From Octopus sinensis (taxonomy: Eukaryota), in assembly GCF_006345805.1 (NCBI RefSeq), contig NC_043002.1:75764001-75828000 (forward strand): DNA of 64,000 nt, written 5' to 3'. Shown piece after piece: positions 12,332 through 24,550 of this stretch (positions are counted from its first letter, which is position 1; every line of letters begins with the position of its first letter). A program made the position numbers and the translations under genes. Under the pieces are notes generated by a model. The model had not been told where the DNA came from and did no database searches. It saw only the letters and a program-made list of their open reading frames with translations.

Positions 12332-12703
12332 AACAAGAGAACTCGGAGAGCACAAACCTCTTCCAAGGCAACACCAACATCCTCTCAACAATTAGCCGGA
12401 GAGGATTTTTAAAATGAGAATATCTGATATAAACTTGACAGCTCTCACAAACCAGAATACTAAAAATGAGCCTGACCACTCTCAAAAATTAAGTATTAAA
12501 AAAAACAAAAATAATTCAGAATCCTTGTCCAGTACTGGATCGATCCCAAAATCTAATCAGTTTGTGCCAGCCACGAGACCAAACATCTCTGAAAGTTTCA
12601 TCCAAATCCATCCAGCAGTTCTTGAGATATCTTCTCCACAGGCACACAAGCAAATAAGCACAACTGAAAACAATACCTCCACCTTCACTAAGACGGAGGT
12701 AAT
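12332..12703 (+). mobile_element. Non-autonomous Helentron-type (HINE/DINE-like) element
   Basis: 5' AACAAGAG..GAGAGCACAAACCTC; 3' palindrome TACCTCCACCTTCACTAAGACGGAGGTA (12674-12701) whose GGAGGT arm also matches the 5' subterminal ACCTC; A-rich flanks. Confidence 0.7.
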
Positions 12704-13004
12704 AATAATAATAATGATAATGATTTGAAATTTTGGCTCAGAGCCAGCAATTTCAGGAGAGGTCGATCTGATCGACTAGTTTCTCCCCACAAATTTTAGG
12801 CCTTGTGCCTAGAATAGAAAAGAAGAATAAAAATAATAATAATCCTTTCTGCTATAGGTACAGGGTCTGAAATTTGGGTCATAATGGTTAATACATTCCA
12901 TAATTATCATCATCATGAACTTTCATTTAATGTATATTTTTCCATGTGGAAACAGATTTTTTGATGTCCAGATGCATTATCGATAAATTATATAGTGCTA
13001 AAGC

Positions 13005-13220
13005 TGTAATTTTGTACTTATACATCTGGAAGATACTGGAAAGACTTGTCCCAGACTTTGGTATTAAAAGTTATACAAACACCTGAACAGGGTGCCATTT
13101 CATAGTGCCTAAAATCCTTCCCCTACTCTCAAAATACAGAGACCAGGTATTGTAATAGCTTGGGATTCAAGGACCCACAACTCTTCAATATCCTCCCAGA
13201 GGAGCTGAGAGATCTACATC
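13005..13220 (+). mobile_element. CR1/L2-group LINE ORF2 3' fragment
   Basis: Decayed translation YIWKILERLVPDFGIKSY...LGIQGP..L.(N)ILPEELRDL resembles the post-RT region of CR1-group elements. Confidence 0.55.
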
Positions 13221-13400
13221 ATCATCATCATCATTTAACATTCATTGTCCATGCTGGTATATGTTGGACAGTTTGACCAGAGCTGGCAAGCTGAGGGGCT
13301 GCACCAGACTGCAGTCTAATTTGGTATGATTCTACATCTGGGTGCCCTTCCTAATGCCAACCACTCTGAGAGTACCAGTTGTATGACACCAGTGTTTGCC
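13218..13400 (-). mobile_element. Family C element (RTE 3' module)
   Basis: (CAT)n tail then ...GGGTGCCCTTCCTAATGCCAACCACTC, same module as 42946-43140. Confidence 0.8.
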
Positions 13401-13609
13401 ATGACTACAATTTCACTTGACTTTATGGATCTTCTCAGGTGTTGATATAAGTGTCTTCAGAACTAATCTAGATCCCCCTATTGTCACAAGTCCCAGATGA
13501 ACAGGAAATGGGAATGGGGGCATCAGCATCAAACTCCCTCATTCACCAAATGGCCACAAACCTTGAGCTGAAAGTAGTAAAAGAGATATACATACACATT
13601 ATGATATTA

Positions 13610-13845
13610 GTGAGTGGTGGCATGTAAAAAGCACCAACCGATTGTGGCCCCTGTCACCTGTGCCGGTGGCACGTAAAAAGCACCCACTACACTCACGGAG
13701 TGGTTGGCATTAGGAAGGGCATCCAGCTGTAGAAACATTGCCAGATCAGACTGGAGCCTGGTGCAACCTCCTGGCTTCCCGGACCCCAGTCGAACCGTCC
13801 AACCCATGCTAGCATGGAAAACGGACATTAAATGATGATGATGAC
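13610..13845 (+). mobile_element. Family C element (RTE 3' module), well preserved
   Basis: GTGGCACGTAAAAAGCACCC...GTGGTTGGCATTAGGAAGGGCATCCAGCTGTAGAAAC...(GAT)n; near-identical to the RTE 3' end at 42946-43140. Confidence 0.88.
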
Positions 13846-14144
13846 AGGATAAAACTCATGTCTCTGATTTTAGTGCTAGGTCAGCGACCGTTCTTCTCTT
13901 ATAATTTGTAACAGTAAATTTGGGCAGAGTCTTTAATTTTGCTCCAACAAACAGTCAAATGAGTTCCAAGATTTTCATTTCATTTCAAAAACATCGTTGT
14001 TATTATTGATAAACAAATACTTATTAGAGAAATGCCCTGTACATTCTTGAACCGATTCCAATGACCTTTACATTATATATGCCTGGCACTCCTTCACATG
14101 CTCTCATATCATCTTCATTATCATCATATGAACAAGAATTGTGG

Positions 14145-14179
<35 letters not shown>

Positions 14180-14273
14180 TGGGAGAGGGAGAAAGATACA
14201 TATATCAATGCATCAAGCAAACTATGTGCTCACTATACACACATATATATATATATATATATAAATATAATGT

Positions 14274-14307
<34 letters not shown>

Positions 14308-14849
14308 ATGTATGTGTATGTTTATTTTTACTTTAGCTGCTAAATCGAATATTTGCTTAATAAACTGTTGAAATATGTACGATCACAAGTAGCCACTCTT
14401 GATCAGAGAAATGAATACAAGTGTACTAATGAGCTTGACCCTTCATCCGGAAGAACAAAGACACAACAGAGTGGGTTTAGCCATTTTTAAAATTAGACTG
14501 TTGTATTTCACATACTCCTCTGCTCTCCCTTTCCGTCCCTCTCTCTTTCTCCAACTCTCCTTAATTTTACTGATAATGATTACAAGTGACAAACCATATC
14601 CCTGATATATATTCATTTTTATGGCATCACTTTTACTTGTAATGTTACCCCGTGAATGCACTTTTGTCAGCCTATCATTTTCCTGTGAAGCTGTATGTGT
14701 TGAGAGACAAGCTTCCTTGCCATGTTTAGATAGGGACAAACACTTTCTAACTGGGACTGTGCACACAACACATGTATAACATTTCTATATGTATAGTCAA
14801 CCATCAAGTATATCTATGTGACAGCAAGCAAGAGGTAGGGGAAGGAGAA

Positions 14850-14968
14850 ACTGCACCAGCATCATCACCATTTAACGTCTTCCTCCCATGCTGGCATGGG
14901 TTTGATGGTTTGACAGGAGCTGGCCAGACAGAAGATTGCACCATGCTTCTGTGTCTGTTTTGGCATGG
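14850..14968 (-). mobile_element. Family C fragment, cut by the adjacent family F insertion
   Basis: CATTTAACGTC..CATGCTGGCATGGGTT tail motif. Confidence 0.7.
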
Positions 14969-14969
14969 G

Positions 14970-15305
14970 TTTTTTCGATGTTGTTATTGTCATTATTATT
15001 ATTATTATTATTATTGTTATTGTTGTTGTTGTTGTTGTTATTGTTATTGTCCAGCTCACTCCTGGAATCGAACTCGGAATCTTGGGGTTGTTAGCTCGCA
15101 CTCTTAACCCCAAGATTCCGAGTTCGATTCCAGGAGTGACCTGGACAATAACAACAACAAAACCATCGAAAAATACCTTAGGAATGAGAACCCAGGTTCG
15201 AAATTTCCCCAAGACACCTGATATGAAGGCTGGGAGGTATAACAGCTGAAATGTTGTGTTAACAACAAACAAGATGAGGACAAATATCCATTGAATGTAA
15301 ATAAT
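14970..15305 (+). mobile_element. Family F tRNA-headed element, fold-back copy
   Basis: 15106-15305 matches 31597-31795. 14970-15105 is an inverted copy of the head and microsatellite; arms 15041-15089 and 15106-15154 pair at 48/49. Confidence 0.85.
15213..15260 (+). ncRNA. Degenerate minimal hammerhead-like motif in family F
   Basis: GACAC CTGATATGA A GGCTG..CAGCT GAAATGTT GTGTT; C>T relative to the copy at 31698. Confidence 0.4.
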
Positions 15306-15803
15306 ATACGTTTATTACATACTAATATTTTCGTCATTGTTACATGAACTTTTCTCAAGCTGGCATGGGTTAAGGAGGGCTTCTTAAGGCTGTTGTCTGT
15401 GGTTTGATGTCTTTCCTGGTGCCTACCCTTGCTTGCTGTCATGTATCAAACTGACATGTTTCTTTGTCAAGCTGTGGAATGTTTTCTCTATATTAAACAT
15501 ATACAAGTGTCAGCACTGCCTGAGCAGTATCAATGTGATGAGCCTCAAGGACACACATGCCAACACATACATGTGTGTGTGTGTATGTAAGTTTGCACCA
15601 TTGTGTAGATACCATGTGAAGGTTCTAAATGAACTTCATCATCATCATCATCACTCAAGCAAGTTTGTTTGTTTCCAGTCTTCCACCCATGGCAGTATGC
15701 CTAGGCATGAGGAAAATATTAGCTTATCTAATAACAGGCGAGGGTTGGCAACAAGAAGGGCATCTGGCTGTAGAAAAGCTGCCTCAGCAAATTCCATCTA
15801 AAC

Positions 15804-16090
15804 CAGGGCTGGCCAACCCGAGGCCCACAGGCCGCATGTGGCCTGCGGGTGTTTATCTTGTGGCCTGCTCGATACTTTCTTGAAATGGGTTTATTTAAAG
15901 AAACATTTTGAAAATTTTATCAGAAATTAAAGATTGTAATTAAAAGTAAAAAAGAAAGATACTACTGTTTTTGCAATGATGATCATATGAGAAAGCAAAA
16001 TGCTTTCAATTCTGTCAGTATACAAGCAGCCCTCAAAAAACTTTCTTTGATTAAAGTGGCCTGCAATGTAATTCAAGTTGGTCTGGCCTA
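15804..16090. mobile_element. hAT (Charlie-like) MITE
   Basis: TIR CAGGGCTGGCCAAC / GTTGGTCTGGCCTA (10/14); 8-bp TSD ATCTAAAC/ATCTAAAG; GC-rich GGCCGCATGTGGCC subterminal motif. Confidence 0.75.
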
Positions 16091-16149
16091 ATCTAAAGCA
16101 TGCAAGTATGGTACAGTGGATATTAAATGGTGATATACTTGTTTGGTGA

Positions 16150-16480
16150 TCTACTTCTTTCAGTCTTTAGACCGCAGCCATGCTGGAGCACCACTTTCAA
16201 AAGTTTGTCGAACAAATTAACCTCTGTACTTTTTTTTTTCTTCTGCCTGGTTCTTATTCTGAACTGTTCAGTTACAGGGACATAAACACACCAACACCAG
16301 TTGTCGAACAGTGGTGGGGAACAAACACAATCACACACACACACACACACATGCAGATGATGAGCTTCCTTCAGTTTCCATCTATCAAATCCACTCACAA
16401 GGCTTTGGTCAGTACACAATGGGACTGAACCTGGTACCATGTGGCTGGAAAGCATATCTCTTACCACACAGTCACACATC
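16150..16480 (-). mobile_element. SINE family A, degenerate
   Basis: Reverse-strand match to 2405-2835. Confidence 0.8.
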
Positions 16481-16654
16481 TCCCTGCCACCATGCTGGTG
16501 CCACATAAAAGGTACCAGTGCCTGGTGCCATGTAAAAAGGCACTTGTACAAGTGCCACATAGAATGCAGCCATGCCGGTGTCACATTATACACTCCATGC
16601 AAGTGCCACATATAAAACACCTGTGCTGGTACTACATAATAGCATGTGTGTGTT

Positions 16655-16691
<37 letters not shown>

Positions 16692-16864
16692 TGGGCTTTC
16701 ATAATCTTTCTGTATACAAAATTTCATTCACAAGTTATTATAGAAGTCACTTGCCCAAGCTGAGAATGGATTGAACCTGAAAACTACATGGTCACTAGGC
16801 AAATTTTTTTTTTAACCACACCAGCTATGCTTCAGAAAAGTGCACACGTTTGTGTGTGTGTGTT

Positions 16865-17200
16865 CTTTTATTCTTTTACTTGTTTCAGTCAGTTGACTGT
16901 GGCCATGCTGGAGCACCGCCTCTAGTTGAGCAAACTGACCCCAGGATTTATTCTTTGTAAGCCTAGTACTTATACTATCAGTCTCTTTTGCCGAACTGTT
17001 AAGTTACCGGGGACATAAACACACCAGCATCGGTTGTCAAGCGATGTTGGGGGAGACAAACACACACACATATATATATACATATATACGACGGGCTTCT
17101 TTCAGTTTCCGTCTACCAAATCCACTCGCAAGGCTTTGGTCGGCCCGAGGCTATAGTAGAAGACGCTTGCCCAAGGTGCCACGCAGTGGGATTGAACCTG
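16865..17200 (-). mobile_element. SINE family A, lacking most of the head
   Basis: High-identity reverse match to family A tail and core. Confidence 0.88.
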
Positions 17201-18292
17201 TGTGTAAATATATATATAAAAATCATTTTTTACGTTTGCTTTTTCCATGCACGTAGGTGTGTGTGTGTGTGTGTGTATGTGTTTGGATTTGTGTTTTTGT
17301 GTGGCTTGTAGATACATATATGCGGGGGAGCGGGATATTTTATTTATTTGTTCTGGCAAATTAATAAATTAATTGATGTATAATAACATGAAGAACTTGC
17401 TGGCTTCATGTGTTCAAAGCGGAAGAAGAGATAGATAGATAGATAGATAGACAGAGAGAGAGAGAGAGGCGGGGAGTGAAGGAAGTGGGCAAAGAGAAGG
17501 GGTAGGAGGTGGTGATGTATGTATATGTATGTGTGTGTGTGAGTGGTGGGGGGTTTCTCAAATTAAAAATAAATAAATTGTTCCTGTAATGTTAACCATA
17601 CGTGGGAAGTAGAAAGTGCAGCGTTATTTCAGCAGGAACAGCAGTGAAACTAGTTGTGGGGGGTGGGGGTGGGAGGTGTCTCATTAGGATATGTCTTCTT
17701 TTCTTGCTTGCTTTTGTTTGTTCTGTTCGTCGTTTTTGTTTTCATTTTTTTTTCAAATTTTTTATTGAGGGTTTTTTTCCTGTATTTTTTTTTTGTTTTT
17801 TTTCTTCGTTTTTTTTTTTCGTTTTTTTTTTCAGTTTTCTTTTTTGTGTTATCTTAAGCTTTATAAATTGAGTTAAGCTATCCAAATTTCGCTGTCACCC
17901 CGTTTTTTTTGAAATCAAAAGTGATACCAGGGTAAAGGGGGAATGGATGGCTGTGAAGATAGCAGAACAAATAAACTAGAGATGAGGGTTGTTGGGTGGT
18001 GACGACATTGGAGGGAGGCCAAGGGTGGCTGGGTGGGGATAAGGGTGGGGGGTGTCGTAGATTTTTATCTTTTTTCTTTTACTTTTTTTCTCAAAACTAG
18101 TTAGTGATGGTGGTAGTGAAACTGGTTGTTTGATACAACAACAAAAAATAATCTCGTTTATACCCACCCAAACTACTTCTGTGAGAAATGTGCTGTGTTC
18201 ACAAATACATCCAGTAACATATGATTTTAATTGCTATGTATCTAAGAATTTGGGCTACAACTATCTTTCTCTTTATACACACACACACACGC

Positions 18293-18370
<78 letters not shown>

Positions 18371-18650
18371 CATACATATACACATCCATACATCTCTCTA
18401 TCTCACTATCATTCATTTTCTCTATACATATGTAGTGTGTGTATATATACACACACACACACACTAAAGCACTGTTTTCTTTGTTTCTATAGTCTATACA
18501 CAGTTACAACATTCATTGTATCTATGCCTCAGACCCAGATGCAAATGTACACCCAGTGTGAGTACATACGCAATGATTAATGAATGAATATGTAAGGCTT
18601 AATGGCTAATTGCAAAAAAAAAAAGAAAAACAAAAATGGAAAGAAAAGAC

Positions 18651-18712
18651 AAAAGAAAGGCGTCTGGTTCATGATTCTGTTGAATCATGAACCAGCCAGA
18701 CGCTTTTCTTTT
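18651..18712. other. Near-perfect hairpin abutting a splice-acceptor-like site
   Basis: Arms 18651-18677 and 18682-18712, TGTT loop, 4-nt CCAG bulge; TTTCCTTTAG ends at 18719. Confidence 0.8.
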
Positions 18713-19200
18713 CCTTTAGGTCTGGAGAAAATTAGGTTACTCATTACAATATATATAACATATGAACTAATTAACTCAAGAAAATATTTCTAACTTGGCT
18801 GTAAAACAATTCCAGACTAATTGAATGAATGACACAGCTGAGGATTTGGGGTCTCAGAAACAGCTACCATTTTCCACTTGTGTCTTCATGCATTCTTCAG
18901 AATGAATTGAGTTGGTGGACTCTAGGTTCTCTTGCATTTCAGTTTACCATTGGGGTTGACTCCCTTGGCATTTTCTTTTTCACAGGCTGTCACAAGCAGT
19001 TTAAGCTCAGAGTTATCCTTATCCAAGGTTGCTGATCCCAGACTCACCCCACCCCACCCTCAGTTGTACTACCATTCAAGGTGTAGGCACAATTGTAGTA
19101 CCTTGTCCAAGAGACTTATTTTAACAAAAGCTACAGGATACTGCTCAAGCAACAAACCACTACCCTGTCAGTAGTTTTTGTTCCTTGGGTTTTTCTAAGA

Positions 19201-20463
19201 ATTGGGGTGGCAAGAAAGTAATTTTAGTTTTTTTAGTGTGAAGTAAAAGTCATTTATTTTGTCATACTTTAATCAACTATATAGTCTCTATTTTGTTCAA
19301 TGACCTTTTGCCATCTTTCTGACAACTTCATGATTCTGTTACTCATAGAACTTCTGGTCCTTATCAGCCAAAAACTGAAGCAAGTGTGATTTCAGGTCAT
19401 CATCATTATTGAATGTTTTACCATTCAAAGAATTTTGCAAACTTCGAAATAAATGTCAATCTGATGGTGCAAGGTCCAGGGGCTATATAGTGGATGTGAC
19501 ATCATTTCCCAACCAAGCTCCAATAATTTTTCACGAGTTAGCAAAGATGTGTGTGGTCTAGCGATGTCATGGTGGAACTTGATTCTTTTACGATTTGCCA
19601 ATTCTGGCCGTTTTTCTTTGATTGCTTCCTCCAGTTTCATAAATTGTTGACAATAGGTATCTGAATCAATTGTTTGGTTCCTTGGAAGCAGCTCAAAATA
19701 CACAACACCTTCGTAATCCCACTATATTGACAGCATGACTTTTTTATGCAATTCAGTTTTTGATGTTGTTTGTGCTGGTTCATTGCGCTTGGAGCATGAT
19801 CGTTTTTGATTGATGCCATTGTAGACAATCTATTTTTCATCACCAGTGATGATTCATTTAAAAAAAGGTTGATTTCATTGTGTTTGACATGCATATCACA
19901 AATATTGATTCATTGTGTTAAGTGAATCTCTTTCAATTTATGTGGAACACAAATATCAAGCTTCTTAACGAGTCCAAGAAATTTTAAGCGATTTTCAGTT
20001 GTTGTGTGTGATACATTTAACCTCTCTGCAATCTCTTGCTCAGTTATATGACAATCACATTCAATTATGGCTTTTATTTGGTCATCATCAACTTCAGTAG
20101 GTTGACCAGAATGTTGGTCATCTTTGAGTGAAAAATCTCCAGAATGGAATTTTTAAACCATTTTTGACATGTGCATTCTGTTAATCAATCAATACCATAA
20201 ACTTCACATATCTCTTTATGAGCCTCAGTAGCTTTCTTGCCTTTACGAAAATAAAAAAAGCAAATTATCGCGAAAATATTCATTTTTGCACTCCATGTTA
20301 AAATTGACACTGCGCTAACAGTTGTAAACAAAATTACGTGCAATTTGTTTCTAAAGTAAGCTAAAAGTAACGGCTATCAAATGTCAAAAGGATAAAAGTC
20401 ATTAAAAAAAATAGTAACCCTATCTATTCACAAAAAATTAAATTACTTTCTTGCCAACCTAAT
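19201..20463 (-). mobile_element. mariner transposon, full length but decayed (mellifera-like)
   Basis: 23-bp TIRs ATTGGGGTGGCAAGAAAGTAATT (19201) and AATTACTTTCTTGCCAACCTAAT (20441), 21/23; total 1263 bp. Confidence 0.93.
19269..20296 (-). pseudogene. mariner DD34D transposase pseudogene
   Basis: MECKNEYFR..KGKKATEAHKEICEVYG, CVPHKL (WVPHEL), YFELLP, FHHDIARPHTS, HPLYSP (YSPDL frameshifted); several stops and frameshifts. Confidence 0.92.
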
Positions 20464-20504
20464 TGTTGTTGACCCTATGTTGGTTTCATTTGTCCTTTTG
20501 ACAG

Positions 20505-20650
20505 ACCTTGTTCTACCTTACTGGGTTTCTGACAACCCTCCTCATCAGGCAAACTTTCCTGGTCAAGGAGCCAACTTATTTGCAAAAGAATTTGTCTGTG
20601 TAACAGACTGTTCTGTATTTGAGACTATGTTATCAGTAGCACTTGATTAA
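20505..20650 (+). CDS. Candidate coding exon (LVLPYWVSDNPPHQANFPGQGANLFAKEFVCVTDCSVFETMLSVALD*)
   Basis: Strong acceptor TTTCATTTGTCCTTTTGACAG; 47 open codons in phase 1, TAA at 20648-20650, AATAAA just after. Confidence 0.45.
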
Positions 20651-22014
20651 AAAAAAAAATAAACAACATCACACTTTCAACAATTACAGAATCATACACA
20701 TTCAGTCAGTTATACTGCTTTTATATTATGAAGTTTGTGAGCTTGCATAAGTTTGCATACCAAAGGGAGAAAGAGGATATTTATGTTTTGCAATTGACTC
20801 ATTGTCAGATTATTTTTTGTTTTTATTTATTTTTTTTTTTTTGTCTCTCTCGGATATAGTGTCAGTCCCAAAAATATGAGTATACTTGTCTTCTTGTGGG
20901 ATATGTGCTTATTCAAACTGACAAACTGTACTGTATCATTTGTCTTGATAGATCACTGTCTGCTTTTTTTTTTTCATATATTGCCTTTTAATCATTTATG
21001 TATTAGTTGATATTGTTTGAACCTCATTTATCTGGATTTATTTTCGTTGCATATATATATGTGTGTGTGTATATGTGTATACACACACACACACATATAT
21101 ATATACATATATATACTATTTGACTGATATAGATAGAGAGAAAGAATACATGGTTTAGATTAGACAAAAACTGTATGAGGCTCCCAACTTGTAGATCTCA
21201 AAAACTGTGATCCATCTGTTAGGCCTTCATATTCTCACAAGGGATAAGAGCCTAATTCCTTCCCATCCACCCACAAACCTCCCCAAATTGTTTTCTTATT
21301 TAGAGCCTTAGAGCCTTTAAGTCTGTTCCATAACTGGTGATGTGTCTATTAGAAAAGATACTTCACATCACATGTTTCACGCTCAAGTAAATTAATACCA
21401 AACATGATATATATATATTTCTTTACTATCAACTGACTCACACCATTGAGGCCAGCATAAAACAGATTCTGTGAAAATGTCGTCTCTCTCTCTTTTTTTC
21501 TTTCTTTTTTTTTTCCTTCACAATTTGAAATTCTGTCTCCCTCGACAGATGGTCTGAGAGAGACTTATCTGTGTATTACAACACATCTGGAATGTTCTGA
21601 TACAATAATTATGTTATGCATATAATTGTACACAATTTTCCTACCAGTTCATTTGAAATAAATTCAGATCACTGAATAAATTCACTTCACTCTATCCACC
21701 TTATCAGATCTATTACAAAAGAAAGCCTGTCATTAAATATATATATATATATATATATATGTTTATGTAGCTGATTGGTTGTTTTTACATGGGCAAGATG
21801 ACAAAATGCTGATACGCTGTACCACAGACATGTTCAGCTCATGCTGTCAGAGAAAAACAGACATTAAAAAAAAAATTGTTGTGGTGGTGGTGGTGACAGG
21901 CAATGATGGTGGCAGATTTGGTTCTAGATTGATTTGGAAATTCAAATATTGCATTGAAACTTTGGAAGCAAGGATATCTGTGTTTCTGTATTTCTGAGAT
22001 GCATTTTTATTCAG

Positions 22015-22084
22015 ATTGTAACAATTGCAATTGTAACGTCAACGACAAGGAAACTGACATGTCAAGGGTTCGATCCTTACCAAA
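22015..22084 (+). CDS. Candidate internal exon (frame uncertain)
   Basis: TTTTTATTCAG acceptor, AAA|GTAAGT donor; two open frames (CNNCNCNVNDKETDMSRVRSLP or IVTIAIVTSTTRKLTCQGFDPYQ). Confidence 0.35.
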
Positions 22085-22329
22085 GTAAGTGTCAGAAATG
22101 TAATGCAGTACCTTCTCCCTAGGAAATAGGAGTGTTCCTTTTGACAACTATTTTCTTCCCTCATTTTGCTTATTATGCTTTTTGAGTCAAATTGAGGATT
22201 TTGCTTAACTCTCGTTTGGGTTGTACTTAAGCTATGCAGAGCTGAAGTAGTTTTTAGACTCACAGAGAAAGCTTTAATCTTTTGAATTAAGTTCCTGCAG
22301 TTGTTGTTGCTATTGTTGTTGTTGCTTAG

Positions 22330-22560
22330 CTCTAAGCATAGCCATAAACAAAGCTATGCCAACTGCCAAATCCAATGTATTTTATGTTATTTTTAAGATG
22401 GCTAGGTCTGATTTGAGGTAGAGTTAGCTGCAATTTTAAGCAGGTTGAGTGACCCCATTGTGCTGGTGACTGTGTGGTTGCTACAAATATATAAATAAAA
22501 TCCCTAGAGATTACAAGGCCATGCTTTTCCAATAAGTTTTAAATGTCTTAGCTGTGTTGT
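22330..22560 (-). repeat. Family H repeat
   Basis: Reverse match with (GTT)n tail. Confidence 0.6.
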
Positions 22561-22734
22561 TAGGAATTGTCTGTCTGCAACTTTGAATAGATATGCCATG
22601 TCACTGAGTGTCACATGTGATGGCCAAAAGGTTTAGTGAGGTGAAGGGATCTGGTTGTGAAACATTTTCTCAGAGACAAAAATTCTAACCCATACAGGCA
22701 TGGAAAAGTAAATGTTAAATGTTGCCGTTGACAG

Positions 22735-23160
22735 CATCATCATCATCATCATTTAACCTCCACTTTTCCATGCTTGTATGGGTCAGTTGGAATTTGTTGA
22801 AGCAGATTTTCTATGGCTGGATGCTCTTTCTGTTACCAACCTTCACTTGCTTGTAAGCAAGGTGATATTTCTCATGGCCAGGCACTTTTTTCATGAAAGA
22901 CTGGAAATGAATCAACACCTCTTTTATGATGGTGAGACTCATTTACAACCCTATCATGTGATGTCAAAACAAAGGTACATACATTCACATATATATGACG
23001 GTCTTATTTTAGTTTCCATCTACCAAATCTACACACAAAGTTTTGGTGGGCCCAGGGCTGAAATAGAATACACCTCGCCAGGGTGTTGTGCAGTGGGACT
23101 GAACCTGAGACCACATGGCTGGAAAGCAAGTGTCTTAACCACACAGTCATGCCTGTACCT
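22735..23160 (-). mobile_element. Chimeric SINE: family A head plus RTE-type (family C) tail
   Basis: 23000-23160 is the A head/core; 22735-22880 is the (CAT)n-tailed GGCTGGATGC module; same layout as 34160-34580. Confidence 0.7.
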
Positions 23161-23188
23161 CAGTGACTATTATTAGTATTATTATTAA

Positions 23189-23400
23189 AGTGGTGAGCTG
23201 GCAGAATCATTAGTACGCAAGACAAAATGCTTAGTGGCATTTCGTCCAACTTCATGTTCTGAGTTCAAATTCCATCAAGGTTGACTTTGTCTTTCATGCT
23301 TTCGTGGTTGATGAAATAAGTACCAGTTATGCACTAGGGATCGAAAAATTGACTTGCCCCTCCTCCTAAATTTCAGGCCTAGTACCTTTTGTAGAAAGGG
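23189..23400 (+). mobile_element. SINE family B
   Basis: GTGAGCTGGCAGAATC head, GAGTTCAAATTCC, core, (ATT)n tail. Confidence 0.88.
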
Positions 23401-24179
23401 TTATTATTATTTTGTTGATGTCATTGTTTGCGAGTCTGAAGAATCTAATGTTGGAAGACTGTTTCTGCAGTATCTGTATTTAGTATCTTTCCTCTGCACT
23501 ATTGTTTTAATCAACACCACCTATTATGTTATATTACTTACGATTTTATTAATTTATTTATTCTCACAGTAAGTTTCCTCTTGTTTTTGTTTTTTGTTTT
23601 GTTTTATTTCTTTTTTTATACCATTTATTTAAAATTCCATCTGTTATCTTTCCATATCTCTTTCATCTATGAAAATATGTTTTTGATATCTACATGGGGG
23701 AATTTTTCTTGATAGTGTCTCTTGTTGTTATTCCTGCTATTCTCTTTCTTGTTGATTATTTTTGCACCGCCCTTCCTCTTCTCTGCGGTTTGCCAATTTC
23801 CATTTATTTTCATGTCTTTTGGTGAGGAGAGGCGTTCCTTTCACTAGTTTATGTAATAGACTGTGTCAAGAGAATTTAATATAATCTCTTTCCTTACTCC
23901 CCAGTTTACCAAAAAGCATGTCTATACACATGATACTGATTTTTATTAAGAATATATCTTCTTTTGTTGTTGGTTTTTGTTGGGTGTTTCTTTTATATTT
24001 ATATACTGGAGTATCTTGATAAGCCTTCTGTCTCTTGTTTAAGTCTACCGCATTGTTTTTGTTAGTTTCTCTCTTCCATTCACTGTTTTCTGTCTCAACC
24101 ATTGTCTTTCTAATTTCCTATGTCTCTTGTTTAATCAACACCCATTTGTATTCTATTACTGTGCCTTCTGTGTGTACGT

Positions 24180-24216
<37 letters not shown>

Positions 24217-24396
24217 CATCATCATCAATGTTTTACATCTGTTTTAGCATGCTGGCATGGATTAGATTGCATTTCTGAGGCAGTATTTTATGGCTGGATC
24301 CCCTTCCTGCTGCCAATCATTTTAGCCACCATAGTAGAGATTACTTTGCAAGTGACTGACTCAATCAAAATAAAATACGATATGTATCTGTATGTA

Positions 24397-24550
24397 CAGT
24401 TGCAGCCAAAATTTTGGAACTTTTTTTTTAAAACTAAAATTGTTATACCCAACTACAATTCAATTGAAATATATACAATGTACATATTTGGGCTTTTAAT
24501 ATAAGAATTCTAATTTTCAGACCTGTGTTCCAAACTCTTGGTCATGACTG
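24397..24550. mobile_element. Tc1/mariner-type MITE
   Basis: TA|CAGTTGCAGCCAAAATTTTGGAAC ... GTTCCAAACTCTTGGTCATGACTG|TA: imperfect 24-bp TIRs, TA duplication. Confidence 0.65.

Noticed and set aside
23640-24130. Decayed ORF-like minus-strand sequence (also 21150-21360 and 63350-63590), possibly L1/Tx1 3' ends
   Set aside because: Too many stops and no diagnostic motif to classify by eye.
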